Source: Formosa sp. Hel1_33_131
GTDB taxonomy: Bacteria > Bacteroidota > Bacteroidia > Flavobacteriales > Flavobacteriaceae
NCBI RefSeq assembly: GCF_001735745.1
Contig: NZ_CP017260.1
Coordinates: forward strand, 2,550,001-2,582,000
Length of the DNA stretch: 32,000 nucleotides
Direction: 5' to 3'
Shown here: piece after piece, positions 19,484 to 28,378 of the stretch
Numbering within the stretch: the stretch's first letter is position 1
Layout: each line of letters begins with the position of its first letter
Position numbers and translations under genes: made by a program
The notes under the pieces: generated by a model
What the model was told of the DNA's origin: nothing
What the model saw: the letters and a program-made list of their open reading frames with translations, nothing else
The model's database searches: none

Positions 19484-19666
19484 ATGGCAATGAATAAAAA
19501 TACAGTACTGGCTTGGGCCACATATATTATGATATTTATAGGAATCTCGCTAATTGCCTTGGGTGCTTTTAGATACAATGAGGTTGCTGGTTGGGGCTTT
19601 GCTTCGGTAGGTATTGGTTTTTTTGCCAATGCTTGGGTGTTTAACGCTTTAAAAGGACGTGTATAA
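19484..19666 (+). CDS. Small membrane protein with two transmembrane helices, function unknown
   Basis: 60 aa counted from the ATG at 19484 ([29 protein letters not shown]...). The ORF track begins at a GTG at 19463. The stop TAA overlaps the ettA ATG by 1 nt (TAATG). Confidence 0.5.
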   Translation: MAMNKNTVLAWATYIMIFIGISLIALGAFRYNEVAGWGFASVGIGFFANAWVFNALKGRV

Positions 19667-21357
19667 TGAGTGACGATAAAAAGATTATTTTTTCAATGTC
19701 TGGTGTGACCAAGTCCTACCAAAGTGCAAATACACCTGTTTTAAAAAACATTTACCTTAGTTTCTTTTACGGAGCTAAAATCGGTATTTTAGGACTCAAC
19801 GGATCTGGAAAATCAACCTTGCTTAAAATTATAGCTGGGGTCGATAAAAACTACCAAGGCGATGTTGTGTTTTCACAAGATTATTCTGTGGGTTATTTAG
19901 AACAAGAACCAAAATTAGACGAATCTAAAACGGTGATGGAAATTGTTCGTGAAGGCGCTGCTGAAACGGTTGCTATTTTGGATGAATACAATAAAATCAA
20001 TGACATGTTTGGATTGGAAGAAGTGTATTCCGATGCCGACAGAATGGAAAAACTAATGAACCGTCAATCGGAGCTTCAAGATCAAATTGATGCTGCCAAT
20101 GCATGGGAATTAGATACAAAATTAGAAATTGCAATGGATGCTTTAAGAACTCCTGAGGGTTCTAAAAAAATATCTGTGTTATCTGGAGGTGAACGCCGTC
20201 GTGTGGCTCTCTGTCGTTTATTGCTTCAAGAGCCCGATGTCTTATTGTTAGATGAACCCACAAACCACTTGGATGCGGAATCTGTTCACTGGTTAGAGCA
20301 CCATTTGGCACAATATAAAGGCACTGTGATTGCAGTCACGCATGACAGGTATTTCCTAGATAATGTTGCGGGTTGGATTTTAGAATTGGATAGAGGCGAA
20401 GGCATTCCTTGGAAAGGGAATTACTCTTCTTGGTTGGATCAAAAATCGAAGCGTTTGGCACAAGAAAGCAAGACCGCTTCTAAACGTCAAAAGACCTTAG
20501 AGCGTGAATTGGACTGGGTGCGTCAAGGGGCTAAAGGCCGTCAAACAAAGCAGAAAGCGCGTTTGAACAATTATGATAAATTAATGAATCAAGATCAGAA
20601 GCAACTTGATGAAAAATTAGAAATATACATTCCTAACGGTCCCCGTTTGGGAACAAATGTTATTGAAGCAGAAGGTGTAAGTAAAGCCTATGATGATAAA
20701 TTGTTATATGACAACTTAAACTTTAACCTTCCTCAAGCAGGAATCGTCGGAATTATTGGACCCAATGGTGCTGGTAAAACCACCATTTTTAAAATGATTA
20801 TGGGTGAAGAAACTTCAGATAAAGGAAGTTTTAAAGTGGGAGAAACGGCCAAAATCGCCTATGTCGATCAAAGCCATTCAAATATTGATCCTGAAAAATC
20901 TATTTGGCAAAACTTTAGTGATGAGCAAGAGTTGATTATGATGGGAGGGCGTCAAGTAAATTCTCGTGCCTATCTAAGTCGTTTTAATTTTACTGGGAGT
21001 GAGCAAAACAAAAAAGTAAACATGCTTTCTGGTGGTGAACGGAACCGTTTGCATTTAGCAATGACGCTTAAGGAAGAAGGGAACGTCTTACTTTTGGATG
21101 AGCCAACGAATGATTTAGATGTAAATACTTTGAGAGCTTTGGAAGAAGGTCTTGAGAATTTTGCAGGCTGTGCAGTCGTGATCAGTCACGACCGTTGGTT
21201 TTTAGATCGTGTTTGTACACACATCTTGGCGTTTGAAGGAAATTCGGAAGTCTATTTTTACGAAGGAAGTTTTAGTGAATACGAAGAAAATAAAAAGCAA
21301 CGTTTGGGTGGCGACTTGATGCCGAAACGAATTAAATACAAAAAGTTAATTAGATAA
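19666..21357 (+). CDS. ettA: Energy-dependent translational throttle protein EttA (ABC-F ATPase)
   Basis: 563 aa. It has two ABC cassettes (GLNGSGKST with LSGGERRR, and GPNGAGKTT with LSGGERNR) joined by a basic inter-domain linker. Confidence 0.92.
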   Translation: MSDDKKIIFSMSGVTKSYQSANTPVLKNIYLSFFYGAKIGILGLNGSGKSTLLKIIAGVDKNYQGDVVFSQDYSVGYLEQEPKLDESKTVMEIVREGAAETVAILDEYNKINDMFGLEEVYSDADRMEKLMNRQSELQDQIDAANAWELDTKLEIAMDALRTPEGSKKISVLSGGERRRVALCRLLLQEPDVLLLDEPTNHLDAESVHWLEHHLAQYKGTVIAVTHDRYFLDNVAGWILELDRGEGIPWKGNYSSWLDQKSKRLAQESKTASKRQKTLERELDWVRQGAKGRQTKQKARLNNYDKLMNQDQKQLDEKLEIYIPNGPRLGTNVIEAEGVSKAYDDKLLYDNLNFNLPQAGIVGIIGPNGAGKTTIFKMIMGEETSDKGSFKVGETAKIAYVDQSHSNIDPEKSIWQNFSDEQELIMMGGRQVNSRAYLSRFNFTGSEQNKKVNMLSGGERNRLHLAMTLKEEGNVLLLDEPTNDLDVNTLRALEEGLENFAGCAVVISHDRWFLDRVCTHILAFEGNSEVYFYEGSFSEYEENKKQRLGGDLMPKRIKYKKLIR

Positions 21358-21359
21358 GT

Positions 21360-21545
21360 ATGTTAGAAATGCGTTCCGTTTGTGAGCACTGTTCAAAAGC
21401 ATTACCGTCAGATAGTGGTGAAGCAATGATTTGTGCTTACGAATGTACGTTTTGTAGCAATTGTGTTGAAGCCATTCTTGAAAATAAGTGTCCCAATTGT
21501 GGAGGAACTTTTGAAAAGCGTCCTATTAAAAAAACTACTTCTTAA
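21360..21545 (+). CDS. Cys-rich zinc-ribbon protein (DUF1272-like)
   Basis: 61 aa with four CxxC-type pairs (CEHC...CAYECTFCSNC...CPNCGG). It starts 2 nt after the ettA stop. The family name comes from memory. Confidence 0.6.
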   Translation: MLEMRSVCEHCSKALPSDSGEAMICAYECTFCSNCVEAILENKCPNCGGTFEKRPIKKTTS

Positions 21546-22263
21546 CTTTTTTAAACAAGGGTACTAAATAGCTGATATTGTAACCAAAACCGACTCCAAA
21601 ATTTCCACTATCAAAGGTGCGTCCGAATCCTGGAATGTATATGTTTTCAAAATTATCGGGTTGTGTTTCAGATAATCGCCCTTTAATTTGAACATTGAGC
21701 CCCATAAAAAGATTGTTTAAAACCTCGGCTTTAAATCCAAATATAAGTTCAAGCCATGCGGCACTCAATCCTGTGAACGTCTCACCTTCCAAGACTTCGG
21801 TTTGTCCCCAAGTTGGGCTGTTGGTATCATAAATCGTGTAACTGTTCAATGTTTGATCGAAATTAGAAAGCCCAAAACGAAGCCCAGAATAGACCATATT
21901 TTCCATTCCAACCCAATTGGTATACATATTATAATCAAAACCAACTTTCAGATAGGAGCCTTTTGCGGTGCTGTTTAAATAGTCCGTGGATGTCGTACGC
22001 TCTTCAGTACCTACGTCTCCTGCAACATACAGCTTATTTGTAAGACGGTAATCGGCATTGAGCTCAAAGGCACTATAATCGGATTCTAAAAAGGTGCGTA
22101 CAATTTTGCTCGCGTCAACTCCTACTCGCAGACCGTATTTTTGTTTGACAACTAAACTATCGGTTGTTTGAGTGGTTTCTTCTTGCGCATGAAGATTCAT
22201 GCACAGACTTAAACAGCTAATTAGGCTATAAATGAAGTATCTTAACATGGATGTCATTTTCAT
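21535..22263 (-). CDS. Putative outer-membrane beta-barrel protein
   Basis: 242 aa with a signal peptide ending LHAQEE. It shows an alternating amphipathic beta-strand pattern and an aromatic-rich C-terminal strand (GYNISYLVPLF). Its start overlaps the upstream lipoprotein gene by 23-38 nt, depending on which Met is used. Confidence 0.6.
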   Translation of the reverse strand: MKMTSMLRYFIYSLISCLSLCMNLHAQEETTQTTDSLVVKQKYGLRVGVDASKIVRTFLESDYSAFELNADYRLTNKLYVAGDVGTEERTTSTDYLNSTAKGSYLKVGFDYNMYTNWVGMENMVYSGLRFGLSNFDQTLNSYTIYDTNSPTWGQTEVLEGETFTGLSAAWLELIFGFKAEVLNNLFMGLNVQIKGRLSETQPDNFENIYIPGFGRTFDSGNFGVGFGYNISYLVPLFKKVKK

Positions 22264-22729
22264 TTGTGATTTCAGTTATTAATATTTCAGAACTAATCAT
22301 CCACTGATCAGGATCAGCGGTAATTGAGAATGTTTGAATATTGAAGTTCGTTTTATACCCACAGGCTCTTGAAACATACACGTCTTCAGTGTCGTAGGTT
22401 ACTTTTATTGTATCTGGATTTCCGCTAACCACACCATCCACAAGATCATAACTTTTATAAAGTATAAATTCTGTTTCTGTGTCGTTTGTTTTTAAGGGCA
22501 GTGTGATAGAAGAACGGGTGGTTACTATTTCATTATTGATTGCGACCTCCATTCCTTCAGAATCAAGACCTAAAGCATAAAGCCCAGGGACTGCCAAAAT
22601 TTCATCAGGAGATGTGAGGTCATAAAACTCAATGACAAGTCGGGGTGTGGTCTGAGTAGTATCAGGACAGATGTCGTCTTTTTCACAACTAAAAATGACG
22701 ATTAAAAATAAACAAATAAACTTTTTCAT
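22226..22729 (-). CDS. Hypothetical lipoprotein
   Basis: 167 aa with the lipobox LIVIFSC. It starts 3 nt after the rlmD stop. Confidence 0.6.
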   Translation of the reverse strand: MKKFICLFLIVIFSCEKDDICPDTTQTTPRLVIEFYDLTSPDEILAVPGLYALGLDSEGMEVAINNEIVTTRSSITLPLKTNDTETEFILYKSYDLVDGVVSGNPDTIKVTYDTEDVYVSRACGYKTNFNIQTFSITADPDQWMISSEILITEITNENDIHVKILHL

Positions 22730-22732
22730 GGC

Positions 22733-24154
22733 TTATTTTTTAGGATTACGTTTTTCCAAAAGTACAACATTTTCTACGTGATGCGTTTGTGGAAACATAT
22801 CAACAGCTTGTGTCTTACTTATTTTATAGACTGAATCTAACAACGCCAAATCTCTTGCTTGTGTTGCACTGTTACAGCTCACATATACAATTTTATTAGG
22901 AGTGATTTTCAAAATTTGAGCAACCACATCTTTGTGCATTCCATCTCTTGGTGGATCGGTAATGATCACATCAGGATGTCCATGCGTTTCTATAAATTCT
23001 GTATTGAATACAGATTTCATATCGCCCACAAAAAATTCCACATTATCAATGTTATTTAAGATGGCATTTTCCTTTGCAGCACTTATCGCATCTGGTACGG
23101 ATTCGACACCAATGACTTTCAATGCATTTTTAGCAACAAATTGCGCAATAGTTCCGGTTCCTGTATATAAATCATAGACGAGTTCCTTCCCTGTGAGCCC
23201 TGCAAAATCACGTGTTATTTTATATAAATTATAGGCTTGATCTGAATTGGTTTGGTAAAAAGATTTTGCATTAATTTTAAAACGCAAACCTTCCATCTCT
23301 TCAAAAATATGATCTCGACCGTGATAGCATATCACATCTTGGTCATATATGGTATCATTGGCTTTTCCATTAATAATGTATTGAAGGGACGTAATTTCTG
23401 GAAAGCTTGTTTTTAAATGGTCCAGAAGCGCGATTCTGCTTTCAGTATCTTCTTTAAAAAACTGAACGACAATCATCAATTCGCCAATACTGGTGTTACG
23501 AATCATCAGGGTTCTTAGTACGCCTGTTTGTTGGCGGGTATTAAAAAAAGGGATTTGGTGTTCAAGCGCAAAATCCTTTACCGCATTTCGAATGGCATTG
23601 GAAGGATCGCCTTGAAGCCAGCATTTTTTTACGTCTAATATTTTATCCCACATTCCTGGGATATGAAAGCCTAAGGCATTTCGATCTCCTAAATCTTCTG
23701 TTGAGGCGATTTCTTCTACAGTTAACCAACGGCTATCACTAAAAGAAAACTCCATTTTATTGCGGTAGAAGTACTGCTCTTTGGACCCTAAAATAGGGGT
23801 GATTTCTGGCAATTCAATATGCCCGATGCGTGTGAGGTTATTGACCACTTCTTTTTCTTTGTAAAAAAGTTGGTGTGAATAATCCATGTGTTGCCACTTA
23901 CAGCCGCCACAAGTCCCAAAATGCTCGCATGCAGGTTCGGTGCGTTTGTCTGATAATTTATGAAAAACGGTTGCTTTTCCTTCGTAATACCCCGTGCGTT
24001 GTTTGAATGTTTGTACATCGACAATGTCTCCCGGAACGGCGTTTGGCAAAAACACCACTTTTCCGTCCGGAGCCTTTGCAATGGTTTTGCCTTTAGCACC
24101 TGCATCAATCACTTCTAAATTTGAAAACACTTTGTTTTTATTTCGTCTACCCAT
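22733..24154 (-). CDS. rlmD: 23S rRNA (uracil-C5)-methyltransferase, RlmD/RumA type
   Basis: 473 aa. It has an N-terminal TRAM-like region, the Fe-S Cys cluster CEHFGTCGGCKWQH, the SAM-binding fold with ITDPPRDG, and the nucleophile in YVSCN. Confidence 0.85.
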   Translation of the reverse strand: MGRRNKNKVFSNLEVIDAGAKGKTIAKAPDGKVVFLPNAVPGDIVDVQTFKQRTGYYEGKATVFHKLSDKRTEPACEHFGTCGGCKWQHMDYSHQLFYKEKEVVNNLTRIGHIELPEITPILGSKEQYFYRNKMEFSFSDSRWLTVEEIASTEDLGDRNALGFHIPGMWDKILDVKKCWLQGDPSNAIRNAVKDFALEHQIPFFNTRQQTGVLRTLMIRNTSIGELMIVVQFFKEDTESRIALLDHLKTSFPEITSLQYIINGKANDTIYDQDVICYHGRDHIFEEMEGLRFKINAKSFYQTNSDQAYNLYKITRDFAGLTGKELVYDLYTGTGTIAQFVAKNALKVIGVESVPDAISAAKENAILNNIDNVEFFVGDMKSVFNTEFIETHGHPDVIITDPPRDGMHKDVVAQILKITPNKIVYVSCNSATQARDLALLDSVYKISKTQAVDMFPQTHHVENVVLLEKRNPKK

Positions 24155-24287
24155 GAAGCAAAAATAGAATAAATGATAGCATAATTCTAAGAAATCTATT
24201 TAGAATTCTTAAATTGCATCACAATATGGATGATTTCTCTCCACTAAGAAGGAATAGTTATTTTATAATTTTAAAATTCTCATTAAA

Positions 24288-25571
24288 ATGGCTATTTTAA
24301 ATCAGATTACACCCAAAGAAGCTATTAACTTAGAGAACCAATATGGGGCTCACAACTACCATCCACTTCCAGTCGTCTTGGCTAGAGGCGAAGGCGTTTA
24401 TGTCTGGGACGTTGAAGGAAAACGTTATTACGATTTTTTATCAGCGTATTCCTCAGTGAACCAAGGACATTGTCACCCTCGAATTGTGAATGCGATGATA
24501 GAGCAAGCTCAAACGCTGACACTGACATCTCGAGCGTTTCATAACGACAAATTGGGGCCTTACGAAGAATATGTGACCAAGTATTTTGGGTTTGACAAAG
24601 TGCTACCAATGAACACGGGTGCTGAAGCAGTTGAAACAGCTGTTAAGATTTCTCGTAAATGGGCGTATGAAGTGAAAGGTATCCCTGAAGGTCAAGCAGA
24701 AATTATTGTATGTGAAAACAACTTTCACGGGAGAACCACGACTATTATTTCATTTTCGAATGATCCAGTAGCCCGTGAAAACTTTGGACCTTTTACGGAT
24801 GGGTTTATAAAAATTCCGTATGATGATACAGAGGCTTTAGAAAACACACTGAAAAACAATCCGAATGTTGCTGGTTTTCTAGTAGAACCAATCCAAGGGG
24901 AAGCAGGCGTTTTTGTGCCAACTGAAGGGTATTTAGCCAAAGCAAAAGCATTGTGTGAAGCCTATAATGTATTGTTTATTGCCGATGAAGTACAAACAGG
25001 CATTGCTCGTACTGGTCGATTATTGGCCACTTGTGGCAATTGTGACTGTGCTCAAAAAGATTGTTCTGGTACTCCAGAAACAAAACCCGATATTTTAATA
25101 CTTGGAAAAGCATTGAGTGGCGGTGTTTATCCTGTGTCTGCCGTGTTGGCAGATGATGCGATAATGAAGGTCATAACACCAGGATCTCACGGAAGTACGT
25201 TTGGAGGAAACCCTATTGCAGCAGCTGTTGCGATGGCAGCTTTGGAGGTTGTGAAAGACGAACAATTGACTGAGAATGCATACCAACTTGGAAACTTATT
25301 CAGAGCTCTTTTAAATGACTATATCGTTACGAGTAAGATTGTAAAACTAGTCCGTGGAAAAGGTTTGCTTAATGCGATTGTTATTGACGATCATGAAGAC
25401 AGTGATACCGCTTGGAACATCTGTTTGGAACTTAGAGACAATGGTCTTCTAGCCAAACCAACTCACGGAAATATCATTCGTTTTGCTCCGCCTTTGGTCA
25501 TGAGTGAAGACCAGTTGATTGACTGTGTGAATATCATTATCAAAACCTTAAAAAGTTTTGAAACTAAATAA
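24288..25571 (+). CDS. rocD: Ornithine--oxo-acid aminotransferase
   Basis: 427-aa class-III aminotransferase with [14 protein letters not shown], the PLP lysine in ILGKALSGG, and GSTFGGNP. Confidence 0.85.
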   Translation: MAILNQITPKEAINLENQYGAHNYHPLPVVLARGEGVYVWDVEGKRYYDFLSAYSSVNQGHCHPRIVNAMIEQAQTLTLTSRAFHNDKLGPYEEYVTKYFGFDKVLPMNTGAEAVETAVKISRKWAYEVKGIPEGQAEIIVCENNFHGRTTTIISFSNDPVARENFGPFTDGFIKIPYDDTEALENTLKNNPNVAGFLVEPIQGEAGVFVPTEGYLAKAKALCEAYNVLFIADEVQTGIARTGRLLATCGNCDCAQKDCSGTPETKPDILILGKALSGGVYPVSAVLADDAIMKVITPGSHGSTFGGNPIAAAVAMAALEVVKDEQLTENAYQLGNLFRALLNDYIVTSKIVKLVRGKGLLNAIVIDDHEDSDTAWNICLELRDNGLLAKPTHGNIIRFAPPLVMSEDQLIDCVNIIIKTLKSFETK

Positions 25572-25598
25572 TGTTTAAAAAGCCCTTACAAATTCTTT

Positions 25599-25630
25599 AA
25601 AAATCACTCCAAATTTGGAGTGATTTTTTT
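25599..25630 (+). terminator. Bidirectional intrinsic terminator between the convergent genes rocD and the small membrane protein gene
   Basis: Perfect palindrome AAAAATCACTCCAAA|TTTGGAGTGATTTTT, flanked by a T-run on the plus strand and TTTTT on the minus strand. Confidence 0.8.
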
Positions 25631-25660
25631 GTTTCAATGGTCTATGTTAGATGACAGTTC

Positions 25661-25972
25661 TTATCTTAAAAATATCATATTCAACCAGCGGTCTTCAAAT
25701 GCTTGATAGCCATGTTCATAAATCCAAATAGCTGTGTATCCAACATAGAACAGGTTGACCACTAAAGAAATAATGGCAGCGATTTTAGCGAGTTTCATTG
25801 TTTTTAAAGACCCTGTAAATCCGAGTGGATTGTGTTCGGCTTGTTTGATTTTTTGATTGGCCATGTATAAAGCCACGACAGAAAAAATAATTCCGATACC
25901 TCCGAAACAGGCACTTATTAAACTTATAAACGAGAGCGTGAAAATAGGCGTACTAACTAAACGAGTTTTCAT
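25661..25972 (-). CDS. Small membrane protein with two transmembrane helices; a paralogue of the CCC-motif membrane protein at 27889..28212
   Basis: 104 aa counted from the Met at 25972 (MKTRLVSTPIFTLSFISLISACFGGIG...). It aligns end to end with the 107-aa paralogue. I reject the longer 133-aa ORF-track start because the extension is non-homologous and would abut the upstream terminator. Confidence 0.65.
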   Translation of the reverse strand: MKTRLVSTPIFTLSFISLISACFGGIGIIFSVVALYMANQKIKQAEHNPLGFTGSLKTMKLAKIAAIISLVVNLFYVGYTAIWIYEHGYQAFEDRWLNMIFLR

Positions 25973-26071
25973 AGATATGGGGTTCTTTGGTCCCCGCTCG
26001 CAACGCTTTTCCATATAACAAATGGACGAGTAGGTTGTTGGGTTTGGGGTGTTAATAAGCATAAATGTACT

Positions 26072-26111
26072 AAAAAAAACAATCCCTACTAAAATTTAGA
26101 AGGGATTGTTT
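26072..26111 (-). terminator. Intrinsic terminator after the GapN-like aldehyde dehydrogenase gene
   Basis: On the minus strand, the hairpin AACAATCCCT-loop-AGGGATTGTT is followed by a run of eight T (plus-strand A-run at 26072-26079). Confidence 0.8.
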
Positions 26112-26135
26112 GATTTATAAAAGTCTGACAGTACT

Positions 26136-27722
26136 TTATAAGAGGTACTCGGTACTCACAAAATTAGATTTACTAGATTCTAATAGATTCTTCAAAATCG
26201 CTTTATTCGCCTCATTTTCTTTAGTAGCTACAAACGTTCGTATCGAGAATGAGCGCAACGCATCGCGTACACTTAAGGTGCTAAATGCGGAATCTTTTCT
26301 TCCTGTGAACGGAAATACATCTGGTCCTCGTTGACAAGAACTGTTCAAGTTGACGCGACACACAAGGTTGACAAGCACATCAAAGAGTGGTGCTAAGGTG
26401 TCTGCATTTTCACCAAAAACACTGACTTGTTGACCATAATTGGATTCTGCCATGTCATCCAACACCTGCTGAACATCGGTAAACGTAATGATGGGTATGA
26501 CCGGTCCAAATTGTTCTTCTTTGTACACTTCCATATCTTTAGTGACAGGATAGAGCACCGCTGGAAAAATATAATTATCAGAGAGTTGTCCTCCTTTTGA
26601 ATTTAATATGTTCGCCCCTTTAGATTGCGCATCTTCAATTAACCCTTGAACATAAGCGGGCTTGTTAGGTTCTGGAAGTGGCGTAAGCTGAACTCCTTCT
26701 TCCCAGGGATTTCCAAATTTGAGTGCATCTACTTTCTCACAAAAACGTTTGTTAAATTCCTCGGCAATACTTTCATGAACATAGAGTATTTTAAGCGCGG
26801 TACAACGTTGTCCATTAAAAGAAAGGGTACCAGCAATACATTCGTTTATAGCAAGGTCTAAATCGGCATCTGGCAAAACAATACCAGGGTTTTTAGCTTC
26901 TAATCCTAAAACAGAACGCAATCGGTTTCCTTTAGGGTGGCTATTTTGTAAGGCATTGGCAGAGCTACTGTGCCCAATCAACGCAAGAACATCTATTTTC
27001 CCCGTTTCCATTATGGGAGTTGCCAAGACGCGTCCACGTCCATACAGTACATTCACAACGCCTTTAGGGAAGCTGTTTTGGAACGCTTCTAATAAAGGAG
27101 ATAGCAATAACACACCTAGTTTTGCAGGTTTAAATACTGTGGTATTCCCCATAATAAGTGCAGGGATTAATAACGCGAAGGTTTCATTTAAGGGATAATT
27201 ATAAGGACCTAAACACAACACGACGCCAATAGGGCCCCGTCTAATGTGCGCATATACACCAGAATGTTTTTGAAACTTAGCAGAATTACGATCTACTTGT
27301 TTATAATCATCTATCGTATCGTAGATATAATCTACAGTACGGTCAAATTCTTTTTCAGAGTCTCCAAGGTTTTTTCCAATTTCCCACATGAGGTATTTTA
27401 CGATGGAATCACGTTTGGTTTTCATTTGCTCAGCAAATTTCTCCATGCATGCAATACGATCGCCAACTTTCATGGTAGGCCATTCGCCTTGTCCATTATT
27501 ATAAGCGTTTGATGCCGCATCTAAGGCCTCTAAGGCTTCGGTTTTTGTGAGTTCTGGAACACTTCCTAACAGTGTAGGTTTATAATTCTCGGTAGAGGAG
27601 ATGGTTGAATAGACATCGGTCATTTTGCCAGACCATTCTTTGATTTCACCATTTACCAAATATGTTTTTTGCTCAACAAGTGCGTTGATTTTATAAGCTT
27701 CAGGAATGTTTTTAAAAGTCAT
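26136..27722 (-). CDS. Aldehyde dehydrogenase family protein, resembling GapN-like non-phosphorylating NADP-dependent glyceraldehyde-3-phosphate dehydrogenase
   Basis: 528 aa with the catalytic Cys in FNGQRCTA and the Glu in [13 protein letters not shown] superfamily membership is secure. The GapN-like substrate assignment comes from recalled similarity only. Confidence 0.8.
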   Translation of the reverse strand: MTFKNIPEAYKINALVEQKTYLVNGEIKEWSGKMTDVYSTISSTENYKPTLLGSVPELTKTEALEALDAASNAYNNGQGEWPTMKVGDRIACMEKFAEQMKTKRDSIVKYLMWEIGKNLGDSEKEFDRTVDYIYDTIDDYKQVDRNSAKFQKHSGVYAHIRRGPIGVVLCLGPYNYPLNETFALLIPALIMGNTTVFKPAKLGVLLLSPLLEAFQNSFPKGVVNVLYGRGRVLATPIMETGKIDVLALIGHSSSANALQNSHPKGNRLRSVLGLEAKNPGIVLPDADLDLAINECIAGTLSFNGQRCTALKILYVHESIAEEFNKRFCEKVDALKFGNPWEEGVQLTPLPEPNKPAYVQGLIEDAQSKGANILNSKGGQLSDNYIFPAVLYPVTKDMEVYKEEQFGPVIPIITFTDVQQVLDDMAESNYGQQVSVFGENADTLAPLFDVLVNLVCRVNLNSSCQRGPDVFPFTGRKDSAFSTLSVRDALRSFSIRTFVATKENEANKAILKNLLESSKSNFVSTEYLL

Positions 27723-27855
27723 ATAATTGTATGTTAATTTGTTCGATAAAACTAAGTAATTATTATAGTCGAATGTCCTAACGAAACGTTAATCTTGTTA
27801 ATAAGTCATTAACAGTATAGGGGAGTGGTTAATGATCTCTATAATTTAATATATT

Positions 27856-27880
27856 ACACCCCCTAGCAGCTAGGGGGTGT
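27856..27880 (-). terminator. GC-rich hairpin just downstream of the CCC-motif protein gene, a possible terminator
   Basis: ACACCCCCTAG-CAG-CTAGGGGGTGT forms a perfect 11-bp stem. It begins 9 nt after the stop codon at 27889-27891. The trailing sequence on the minus strand is AT-rich but is not a clean U-run. Confidence 0.5.
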
Positions 27881-27888
27881 AATCGGTT

Positions 27889-28212
27889 TTAGGAGTTTTT
27901 TCTAATTTCTTCCATAACTTCATCCCAGCGGTCGAAGACCTCGTCATAGCCACCAGAAAAGAATACATACAGCGCATATATAAAATACAATAGATTGATG
28001 ATTAAGATGACTAAGGCTATTGTTTTAGCAGTATTCATTGCATTTAAATTACCTTCATAGTCATCGGAGTTTTCGGAAGCGTCTTTCACTTTATTATGTG
28101 CCATTAAATAGGCAGGCCCCGATAATAAAAATCCCAATCCGCCAAAACAACAGCAGAGTAATCCTAAAATACTGAGCACATAGATAAGGGTGGTGTTTAA
28201 TTGTTTCTTCAT
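27889..28212 (-). CDS. CCC-motif small membrane protein
   Basis: 107 aa with two transmembrane helices. It has the LLCCCFGGLGF motif and the conserved C-terminal FDRW block shared with the 25661..25972 paralogue. Confidence 0.7.
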   Translation of the reverse strand: MKKQLNTTLIYVLSILGLLCCCFGGLGFLLSGPAYLMAHNKVKDASENSDDYEGNLNAMNTAKTIALVILIINLLYFIYALYVFFSGGYDEVFDRWDEVMEEIRKNS

Positions 28213-28270
28213 TTAATTTAATTTTAGAGTTGTTTAAGGGTGTAACTTATAATAATGGTTGCGATGGATA

Positions 28271-28339
28271 CAATTGATAACCAATTGATACCTATAATCG
28301 TGAAATCGAATTGTACAAAGATTTAAATCGAATTGTACA
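28271..28339. repeat. Two sets of short direct repeats at the junction between core genes and the phage-like region
   Basis: CAATTGATA occurs at 28271-28279 and 28282-28290, an 11-bp spacing. AAATCGAATTGTACA occurs at 28303-28317 and 28325-28339, a 22-bp spacing. Confidence 0.8.
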
Positions 28340-28378
28340 TAAAAAACAAATATATGAGTTAGTTTAATTTAAAGACCT

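Noticed and set aside
25973-26062. 30-residue N-terminal extension of the small membrane protein, which gives the 133-aa ORF-track model
   Set aside because: The extension (MLINTPNPTTYSSICYMEKRCERGPKNPIS) has no counterpart in the paralogue, which starts MKKQL and aligns with MKTRL. It would also place the start 10 nt from the upstream terminator, leaving no room for a promoter.
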